From: an uncultured virus (IMG/VR IMGVR_UViG_3300032560_000008)
Taxonomy: Duplodnaviria > Heunggongvirae > Uroviricota > Caudoviricetes
Virus record (IMG/VR): IMGVR_UViG_3300032560_000008
DNA: 64,000 nt
Strand: one strand, 5' to 3'
A model generated the notes under the pieces. That model saw only the letters and a program-made list of their open reading frames with translations, ran no database searches and was not told the origin of the DNA. The translations under genes and the position numbers were made by a program. Shown piece after piece: positions 57,121 through 64,000 of the stretch. Positions within the stretch are counted from its first letter, which is position 1. The number at the start of each line of letters is the position of its first letter.

Positions 57121-57161
57121 TCAACTTCTACAACTCTGGCAGTGCCTTGCTCATCATCCAA

Positions 57162-57437
57162 TTATTTTTCAACGATCACATATTCTACAATGGTTTTTTC
57201 TCGAGGTTCAACTTGATAAACAGAAATATCTTCAGGTCCTTTATCTTGCATTTCAGTTGAACCTCGACCCCATGAAATCATCCAAAATGTGTTGTCAATT
57301 TTGTTGCGATATATTTGAGAATAATAAGTAGTCCATCTTGATTTTCCATCAATTTTTGCTACAGTTACTTCTTCATAATTGTCAACTTCGTCATTGTCGT
57401 CCCATTTTAAAATGGCTTCGGCTACTTCTTGTTTCAT
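57162..57437 (-). CDS. Hypothetical phage protein
   Basis: RW.....I, GSTEMQD and VEP.E..I..Y motifs. Confidence 0.65.
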   Translation of the reverse strand: MKQEVAEAILKWDDNDEVDNYEEVTVAKIDGKSRWTTYYSQIYRNKIDNTFWMISWGRGSTEMQDKGPEDISVYQVEPREKTIVEYVIVEK

Positions 57438-57448
57438 TTTATTTTCCT

Positions 57449-57697
57449 CTAAAGTTTCACATATTCAAGATTTTCTAACTTATACAATTCTTCCAATAGC
57501 ATTTGCTCTGCTGCTCGTGCTTCATCCCAATACAAAGTCAATTTCTTATTGGATCCACTGTCTGTGTATTCCATTTGTGCATCATATCGTTCGGCACGTT
57601 GCTGTCTTGAAGTATAGTTAAACCACAATTTACCTAGATTGGTTTCTGAAAATGCTTTTCTTGCAGCCTGGTAATTCACGATATCTTGATTAGTCAT
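57449..57697 (-). CDS. Hypothetical protein
   Basis: Probable start MTNQDIV. Confidence 0.55.
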   Translation of the reverse strand: MTNQDIVNYQAARKAFSETNLGKLWFNYTSRQQRAERYDAQMEYTDSGSNKKLTLYWDEARAAEQMLLEELYKLENLEYVKL

Positions 57698-57893
57698 CTG
57701 TACTTTCCCATGCATGATGAATGATAACCCAATCTTCTAGACATTCTTCAAAAGAATAAGTGGCATCAACATGTTCTTTGCCAAACTTGGCATACATCTT
57801 TTCAAGCCAAAATGGATAGTAATCTTTTCTGATTTCATCTTCTGACATTGTATCCACATCACCGTCAGGCAATTCATAACTATAATAACGCAA
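57690..57893 (-). CDS. Hypothetical protein
   Basis: SE.EI...Y...W and CLEDW...H.AW motifs. Confidence 0.6.
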   Translation of the reverse strand: MRYYSYELPDGDVDTMSEDEIRKDYYPFWLEKMYAKFGKEHVDATYSFEECLEDWVIIHHAWESTDD

Positions 57894-57896
57894 AAT

Positions 57897-58145
57897 TTAA
57901 TCTCCGTCAAACATTTGTTGAATTTTATAAATTGCCCAATCAGTGTCACCTTCACACTGCTCAATGACATTGATGCATTTTTGAATGATCAGGAATGCAA
58001 ACTTGATTCTGTCAAAGTGATCATAATAAACTGGTTCTCCTGAAGGTTTGTAAATGGGTTTCGGTTCCATCATAGAAGGATCAATATAATGACTTTGTCT
58101 CTTGGTGGTAGCGGCATCAATACATTTTTGTATTTCATTGTTCAT
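57897..58145 (-). CDS. Hypothetical protein (KFA.LI...C type)
   Basis: ORF track; resembles 54310 and 58562. Confidence 0.55.
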   Translation of the reverse strand: MNNEIQKCIDAATTKRQSHYIDPSMMEPKPIYKPSGEPVYYDHFDRIKFAFLIIQKCINVIEQCEGDTDWAIYKIQQMFDGD

Positions 58146-58292
58146 TTTTTGAAAGTTCTTTATTCAAAGTGTTTATTTCTTCCAATAATGATATTATACG
58201 AGTTGCTGCTTGTGCTACAATATCACTATCGACATATCTGCCTTCATCATCCAATCGCAATGCAAGCAATTCAAGCCGTTCCGTTAGCGGTG

Positions 58293-58559
58293 TCATTTTC
58301 CAATACCTTTGTAATTTTTACAGTTATCAGCACCACAATTATGTGCACAACCAATGGGACATTCTTGTTTTGCTAGTTCTTTCATTCGCTTTAATAATTT
58401 ATTAAGTGGATCTATTTTCATTGATCTACAACAAGAAATAGTAATGGGATGAAACTCCTTTCCAGAATCTGATACTTCCACAACATCCAGATAATTATTG
58501 AAAAAATCCTGAATACATAGTTTCAGTTCATAAAGGTCAGCAATTTGATCATAGTCCAT
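58293..58559 (-). CDS. Hypothetical protein
   Basis: ORF track. Confidence 0.55.
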   Translation of the reverse strand: MDYDQIADLYELKLCIQDFFNNYLDVVEVSDSGKEFHPITISCCRSMKIDPLNKLLKRMKELAKQECPIGCAHNCGADNCKNYKGIGK

Positions 58560-58561
58560 TT

Positions 58562-58834
58562 TTACTCACATTCATCTTCTTCATTAAGAAGTTCAATACC
58601 AAAATGCTTCAACAAATCTTCTGATTCTGGATGAGTCCAATCATCAGCTGCATCATTATACTCAGCATTGCTATTCAAAACCTTAATACATTCCTGAACA
58701 ACCAAATAAGCTAGCTTTGTGGGATCGAGGAATTGTGTTGTCCTAACTTGGACCGGTTGATCTTCGTGCTGAACTAGTTCGTTTTGATAAACCCAACATT
58801 GTTCCACTAATTTATTCACTAAATCATTATTCAT
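58562..58834 (-). CDS. Hypothetical protein (KLA.LV..EC...L.HFG type)
   Basis: ORF track. Confidence 0.55.
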   Translation of the reverse strand: MNNDLVNKLVEQCWVYQNELVQHEDQPVQVRTTQFLDPTKLAYLVVQECIKVLNSNAEYNDAADDWTHPESEDLLKHFGIELLNEEDECE

Positions 58835-58835
58835 T

Positions 58836-59081
58836 TTAATCCTCCAACTTATTAATCAGATTTTGACAAAGTTTCCGCCACTCATCACGTTGAGTTTTGA
58901 TCTTATCATAACTCAATTCATTATAGTCATTTGCAATGAACAACACCAAATCACGATACTGATTGAGCTTTTCAAGTTCAAATGCAGCTGCTGTTAGTAA
59001 TGAAGGTGATTTATGATAGGACGGAAGGGAATTCTCTGCTCTTAGTTGATTAATCAATTTCAATGTATCAAAAAACATCAC
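58836..59081 (-). CDS. Hypothetical protein
   Basis: ORF overlapping the primase stop. Confidence 0.55.
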   Translation of the reverse strand: MMFFDTLKLINQLRAENSLPSYHKSPSLLTAAAFELEKLNQYRDLVLFIANDYNELSYDKIKTQRDEWRKLCQNLINKLED

Positions 59082-60100
59082 ACCTTACTCCAAGTTGCCA
59101 AAGCCAATTTGGCTGCCAATTCTCTATAAGTATTTGTATCAATGATGTGCTTTATAAAGTCAGGGCTTAGACCTTCCAGAACCATATCATTTACATCTTT
59201 AATATCAAGATTAGATGGGAATATACATACATTATATCCCTGAATTATGCATTTGTCAATCTTTTTCTTTGTTTCATGGCTTCTAGGTTCATTATCATAG
59301 CAAATAACTAGATTTTCTTTTGGTAATGAGCTAATAGTAGAAACTAGATCACCGCCTGCAGTTGCAATAGAATTTGGAATAAACATAGAATCAAAAGGTC
59401 CTTCAAAAACATATACTTTTTTATTGAAATCTACTTCATCTAGACCAAAAATCTTAGGTTTACTCTCGTCATTTACTAAAGTAATATATCTAGTTTTACT
59501 TAGAGGAGATAAGGATCTTCCTTGAAAAGCATGCATGCTCTTATCTTTATCAAAGAAAGGAATGACAATTCTCCCTTCATCATGTTTTAAAGCATTTTTA
59601 TCAAACTTAGAAGGAATTAGTTCATTTGACCATGCAAAGAAATTGGGACACCAAAATATTTTTGCATGAAATGGATTTGGTATCTTCCTTTCTGAAATAT
59701 AAATTTTAGCAGGATGATCGTAGGGAAGTTGACTAATTTTTTTAAGACCTTTCAGTGGCCCAGACTGAAGGAATACAGGCCGCTTCATCTTCTCGATGAA
59801 AGCATTTAGACTTTCCTTACCATCATTCTTATTTTTTAATAATTCTAATTTATATTCGGAAAATAATTGATAATCTACAGATTTGAGAAATTTCTCAAAT
59901 GAAGTAGTAAGTGTGCAATTATGACAATGAAACAATGTCACACCTTGCTTGGTGTAAATATATGCTCTGGCTTTCCGTTTATCAACTTGTGAATCACCAC
60001 AAATTGGACATGAAAAGTTATAGGTATTTCCAGACTTTTTGGAATAATTCCTTAGTCTGTTTGACAGTGTAGATATATATTTGTTTTCTAACCAATTCAT
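59078..60100 (-). CDS. gp61: DNA primase gp61
   Basis: CPICGDS...K.R, CHNC zinc finger, R.VIPF, FQGR, EGPFDSMF, DNEPR and KD.NDM motifs. Confidence 0.95.
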   Translation of the reverse strand: MNWLENKYISTLSNRLRNYSKKSGNTYNFSCPICGDSQVDKRKARAYIYTKQGVTLFHCHNCTLTTSFEKFLKSVDYQLFSEYKLELLKNKNDGKESLNAFIEKMKRPVFLQSGPLKGLKKISQLPYDHPAKIYISERKIPNPFHAKIFWCPNFFAWSNELIPSKFDKNALKHDEGRIVIPFFDKDKSMHAFQGRSLSPLSKTRYITLVNDESKPKIFGLDEVDFNKKVYVFEGPFDSMFIPNSIATAGGDLVSTISSLPKENLVICYDNEPRSHETKKKIDKCIIQGYNVCIFPSNLDIKDVNDMVLEGLSPDFIKHIIDTNTYRELAAKLALATWSKV

Positions 60101-60184
60101 AATAATGACTCTATTGTTTTAAGCTCAATAGAGATTATACACCATCCAATTGAAAAGTCAATGGAATTGTTTCGGAAGATTCCA

Positions 60185-60616
60185 TCAACGCATAATGAGT
60201 GGATTTACTTTTAAAAATATTTGAATTCCATAATCAAGAATATATCCAATAACAGCACCAGAACCGATTGCAAGCCAAATCAACTTTTCAAGTTTTGTGA
60301 TTTTGTCGTTTACAAGTCTATGTTGAATGTTTGCTTCACTTCGCATTTCTTTGACTTCTTCTAAAATTTTGGCATCTCGTTCGTCGATTGTATTATAGAT
60401 TTTATCAACATGAGCGTCCATATCTTCTCTTCTTTTCTCTAATAATTTTAGAATGAAATCATTTGATTTTTCTTGTTGTGTGATTCTATGTTCTTGAACT
60501 GCTAATAGCTTTGATAGATCGGAAGCAACTCCAGTAAGTTTTTCGATAGCATCTTCCATTTTTGAAAATCTAGATTCATTAATAGGAAGTGGTTCTATTG
60601 GTACAACGGCCATCAT
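60185..60616 (-). CDS. Coiled-coil protein with C-terminal transmembrane helix
   Basis: LLAV.E.RI motif; C-terminal hydrophobic WLAIGSGAVIGYIL. Confidence 0.7.
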   Translation of the reverse strand: MMAVVPIEPLPINESRFSKMEDAIEKLTGVASDLSKLLAVQEHRITQQEKSNDFILKLLEKRREDMDAHVDKIYNTIDERDAKILEEVKEMRSEANIQHRLVNDKITKLEKLIWLAIGSGAVIGYILDYGIQIFLKVNPLIMR

Positions 60617-60622
60617 ACACTC

Positions 60623-60778
60623 CTATGAAGGTTTCTTTTTCTTATTTTTAAGCAAAGGATCATAACCTTGAATTGGTCCTGCTGATGTGGAGCCCATTCC
60701 AGAAGCGCCTACAGCATTTGTTGGAACTGCCGATTCTGTCTCAGCAATAAAATCCAAAAAAGATAAAAGATTATTCAT
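60623..60778 (-). CDS. Small hypothetical protein (51 aa)
   Basis: Manual translation MNNLLSFLDFIAETESAVPTNAVGASGMGSTSAGPIQGYDPLLKNKKKKPS*. Confidence 0.55.
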   Translation of the reverse strand: MNNLLSFLDFIAETESAVPTNAVGASGMGSTSAGPIQGYDPLLKNKKKKPS

Positions 60779-61172
60779 TGATACTTAACCTCAGTGCTTT
60801 GATTATTCCAGAATCCATAGGTATAACATCTGTATAAATTATAGTTTCATCACCGATATTATATATGACATCAGGAAGTGCATCAAGTAATACCAAAAAA
60901 GGTTTCACATATTCAAATTCATTTTTTAATTTTAAATATAAAATTCTGACCGTGTGATTTCTAAACACATTCCGTAACAATATAATATGATTTAGAATCA
61001 ATCGTTCTTTCAGTTCACCACATTCTTTATACTTAAAGATAAGTTTTTTGATATATCTTATCTTGTTTAAATCTTCCATAAACTCTTCGGTAGATTCACA
61101 ATGCGGATTATCATAATATTTTGCACAATATAGTAAAAAATTACTATCAGTTAAAAATTCAAATTTAGTCAA
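60771..61172 (-). CDS. Conserved T4-like hypothetical protein
   Basis: NF.LY.AK.YDNP.C...EEF.EDL and LKERLILNH.I...NVF motifs. Confidence 0.8.
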   Translation of the reverse strand: MTKFEFLTDSNFLLYCAKYYDNPHCESTEEFMEDLNKIRYIKKLIFKYKECGELKERLILNHIILLRNVFRNHTVRILYLKLKNEFEYVKPFLVLLDALPDVIYNIGDETIIYTDVIPMDSGIIKALRLSINE

Positions 61173-61182
61173 ACTACTATCT

Positions 61183-61428
61183 TTATTGCGGTTCGGTCTT
61201 TGATTTAATTAAAAGTGAAGCACCGGCAGTGGTGAACATAGTACCACACGCGGCAGCAAATTCCATCGGGTTGAAATCCTTTTGCATAACCATAACCTTA
61301 TAAACTTCCAATGTAAAAAATACAAAAAATGATAATGTAGTCAAAACACGAATAATATCAACAGACATGTCATTTGAACCGGTAAACGCGGTCTGAATAG
61401 CATATCTAAAGTTGATACGTGTTTTCAT
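61183..61428 (-). CDS. Small two-TM membrane protein (holin-like candidate)
   Basis: Two hydrophobic segments and a charged tail K.KTEP. Confidence 0.55.
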   Translation of the reverse strand: MKTRINFRYAIQTAFTGSNDMSVDIIRVLTTLSFFVFFTLEVYKVMVMQKDFNPMEFAAACGTMFTTAGASLLIKSKTEPQ

Positions 61429-61429
61429 A

Positions 61430-61723
61430 TTAGAAAGTACTCATCGTTGTTCTAATCCATGAATTGTTTGCAATACAAACATAAAAATGTGTTGCATCAT
61501 ATGCAAACTGTCCCTTCACACCAGTCGATGAGGAATTGGAAGGAACAGTTGCTGAAAATGTAGATACATTTTGTGTTGAAATTAGAACATTTGCAAAATT
61601 TTGAAGTGTGATTGTTTGAACATTTGCAGTTGTGTTAGCGTTTACTAACACGACAACTCTATCAGTAAGAGCCATCGTGTTAGCAACAACTAAATCACTA
61701 ATCTTTTTAGCATCATTAGCCAT
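61430..61723 (-). CDS. Small virion/fibre-associated protein
   Basis: KKISDL N-terminus and P..S...G..GQ.AYD...FY.C.A.N.W.R module. Confidence 0.6.
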   Translation of the reverse strand: MANDAKKISDLVVANTMALTDRVVVLVNANTTANVQTITLQNFANVLISTQNVSTFSATVPSNSSSTGVKGQFAYDATHFYVCIANNSWIRTTMSTF

Positions 61724-61742
61724 AATATCGACTTTCGTTTAA

Positions 61743-62735
61743 TTACGCGATTGGATCAACTGCTGAATTGGACTGAGTAATATTTGCTGTTCCATATACA
61801 CCAGTAGTTGTAACACCATTCACACCTAGTGAACCCATAGCAACCAATGTTTCATATGTAACACGACCTGTTCTGCCACCGGTACCTTCTCTACGAACTA
61901 CCCAACCCGAATGTGTAGCCTGAGGATATACAGAACCAACATCAACATAACCTGTGGCTGTATCACCCTGGATTGTATGACCAGCATGTTCAGTTGAGGA
62001 AGCATTTGCCGTTAGTAGAAGATTAGCACCACCTGGTGCAGCAGAAACTGCAAGAGAAGAGGCATTCACGAATGAAATATAATAATATGTGTTTGCAGTT
62101 AGACCAACGATTGCTGTATTTCCAGCAGCAACAGCATAGTAGAATCTATCATTTGCCTGCCAATAAGAATTAGCAGAAGCTAGAAGAATTGTATTAGCTG
62201 AAGCATTGATATATGTTGAATTGGCGCCAATCTGAATTGCAGCAGGAGCAGCAATAGCAACTGTTGGTGCAGTGATATAACCAGCGCCAGCAGTCTGAGG
62301 TAATAAAGAATCAATACGACCGGCATTCCCTGTTGTATTAGCATGAGCATTCACAACACCTGAAGATCCACCATTTGTTACGGTCAAAGTAGCAGTAGCA
62401 TTAGCCTGATAACCAGAACCACCAAATGTTACATAACCAAGAACAATGCCACCACCTGATGTGCTTAGCATTGTTGCATTTACACCAAAAACCCCAACGG
62501 CCATATTATTGATAAATGCACCTACAGTTGTATTGCCAAACATATTATAATCTACGTTTGCACGTGAACCTGGTGATGTATTGCCAAAATGAGCATTTGC
62601 ATCCATTGATACTGGATTGATACCATTCCCCGAGCCCTTTGCTAGAGCATAAGTACCAATTGGAGCACCAACTGAACTTTCTTTTGTAGTTGAAGAATTG
62701 GCAGTAACTGCCTGATCGTTTTGTCCCCACTGCAT
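61743..62735 (-). CDS. Virion structural protein
   Basis: M.WG..D start, H.GWV.R..GTGGR.GRV.YETLVAM motif, G.GY..APTV repeats; AATAAATA upstream. Confidence 0.7.
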   Translation of the reverse strand: MQWGQNDQAVTANSSTTKESSVGAPIGTYALAKGSGNGINPVSMDANAHFGNTSPGSRANVDYNMFGNTTVGAFINNMAVGVFGVNATMLSTSGGGIVLGYVTFGGSGYQANATATLTVTNGGSSGVVNAHANTTGNAGRIDSLLPQTAGAGYITAPTVAIAAPAAIQIGANSTYINASANTILLASANSYWQANDRFYYAVAAGNTAIVGLTANTYYYISFVNASSLAVSAAPGGANLLLTANASSTEHAGHTIQGDTATGYVDVGSVYPQATHSGWVVRREGTGGRTGRVTYETLVAMGSLGVNGVTTTGVYGTANITQSNSAVDPIA

Positions 62736-62778
62736 TTTTGTTCTCCTAAAGAATCTTTTTATTATTTATTAAAAGTGA

Positions 62779-64000
62779 TTAGTGACCCATTGCTTTAAGC
62801 ATTGATGCACGACTAGCGCGAATAGCTGAAACAAATGCTTCCTTTTCCGCGGGCGTTCTTTTGACATTATGTGCATTATCAAGCATACGAGCAACATCAG
62901 GTGTCAACACTGTTTCTTCACCGTTCTCGTGTTTTAGTGTTGTTTTAGCACCACCAGCCATAGAATTACGGGCTTGACGAATTCTATTGATTACATTAGA
63001 ATTTGCTTCCGTATCATCATCTTCTGGCTTTTCAATAGGATTCTTTCGTGGTCGACCGCGACCTTCATCTAATACTGATTCTTCACCAAAAATTTTCTTT
63101 GTAGCACCCTTTATAATCTTTTCAATTTCCTTTGCACGACCAGGATGTTCTTGTGTGTTATGAACTTCTAAACTTTTTTCATTGCTTTCCTTCATACCGT
63201 GTGCGCGAAGTTCTTTAAAATCTTCAGCATCAATCTTCTTAGGATTACCAGCTAGTGCAGCAATTTTCTTCTGCTTTGGTGATAATTCCTCTTTCATTCC
63301 GCAAGTGCACATTTTCTTTTTGCACTTCTTGCATTTTTCCTGAAGATAACCAGATGTTGTCGGTCCAAGTCCTCTGGAACCGCCTTGATCATTTGTGTTA
63401 TATGATTGCTTGCCATCACTTGAACCATATGGTGCTTCATTTAAACCAAGTGAAGCAGCTAATTCTTCAAGTGTTTCAAGTTCATCATCAGAAAAGTTTA
63501 CATCTTCCGCCATCTTTTTCTGTTCATTTTTTTCTTTATTTACTTTTGATTTTTCCTTTTCTTCCTCTTCAGATCCACTTTCCTCACCATCAATGTCCTT
63601 ATTATCCTTTTTAACTTCTTCATTAGCAGTTAACTGCTTTAAAGAAGGTTCAATCTTTACATCAGTCTTACCACCAGCAGTAATCTTCTTTGGATCACCA
63701 GGATGAGATTCCATGGTCTTTTCCAAAATTGCTCGGGTAGTTTCAATGACTGAAGTAGGTAGACCAAATTTATTATCTGAAAACACGGCTTGTTTCTCCT
63801 CTAAAACTTTTGATACAATACTTGCATTTCTTCCAAGAGTTGATTTTTCTGAAGTTGGTTCTGCTGAATTCTCTCGTGCAACATTCTCAACTTTTCTACG
63901 TTTTTCAGTACCTTCTGGAACTGAATCAGTTTCTTTTTCTTCTTCCGCATATACTTTGCCAGTATGTTTCCGAATTTTTTCAGCATGTTTTCTATCGGCA
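62779..64000 (-). CDS. Charged low-complexity protein (probable head/core internal protein), 5' end outside the window
   Basis: The frame is open from 63999 into the ORF-track GTG at 63786; Glu/Lys-rich with GRGRPRK and LSPKQKKIA...KID..D motifs. Confidence 0.65.
   Translation of the reverse strand, partial: ADRKHAEKIRKHTGKVYAEEEKETDSVPEGTEKRRKVENVARENSAEPTSEKSTLGRNASIVSKVLEEKQAVFSDNKFGLPTSVIETTRAILEKTMESHPGDPKKITAGGKTDVKIEPSLKQLTANEEVKKDNKDIDGEESGSEEEEKEKSKVNKEKNEQKKMAEDVNFSDDELETLEELAASLGLNEAPYGSSDGKQSYNTNDQGGSRGLGPTTSGYLQEKCKKCKKKMCTCGMKEELSPKQKKIAALAGNPKKIDAEDFKELRAHGMKESNEKSLEVHNTQEHPGRAKEIEKIIKGATKKIFGEESVLDEGRGRPRKNPIEKPEDDDTEANSNVINRIRQARNSMAGGAKTTLKHENGEETVLTPDVARMLDNAHNVKRTPAEKEAFVSAIRASRASMLKAMGH

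Noticed and set aside
63801..63986. 61-aa ORF from the track
   Set aside because: It is an alternative frame of the longer ORF running from beyond 64000 to 62779.

Overview
This window is 64 kb of an AT-rich, large T4-like (myovirus) phage genome. The host is probably an alphaproteobacterium, inferred from the phage's circularly permuted tmRNA. Positions 1-25.7 kb hold the baseplate/tail module (DUF4815-type protein, gp8, gp7, gp6, gp25, split gp5, hub, gp53, gp48, gp4, gp2, gp54, gp26/gp51, two tape-measure-like genes). Positions 25.7-36.8 kb hold gp32, the tmRNA and a divergently transcribed early region centred on a 55-bp inverted repeat with iterons, plus gp33 and gp59. Positions 36.8-64 kb hold auxiliary metabolism and replication genes (amidinotransferase, two SpeD-like genes, PhoH, RNase H, a nucleotide-heptose cluster, nrdAB, thyX, primase), small hypotheticals and virion proteins. 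The most striking unexplained feature is about 20 tandem micro-ORF cassettes in four arrays (27.0-27.8, 28.7-29.2, 35.2-36.8 and 55.7-56.1 kb). Each is built from a 12-nt NNN-NAT-CAG-GTC repeat (xxQV), most start MVK/MVR, nearly all end DDLRW or a variant, and they are joined by a conserved overlapping stop/start junction. They flank a repeat-less DUF6745-like gene and its probable partner gene, share identical tracts between distant arrays, and appear to bound a ~6.7-kb inversion. All family assignments come from motif recognition by eye, not database searches.
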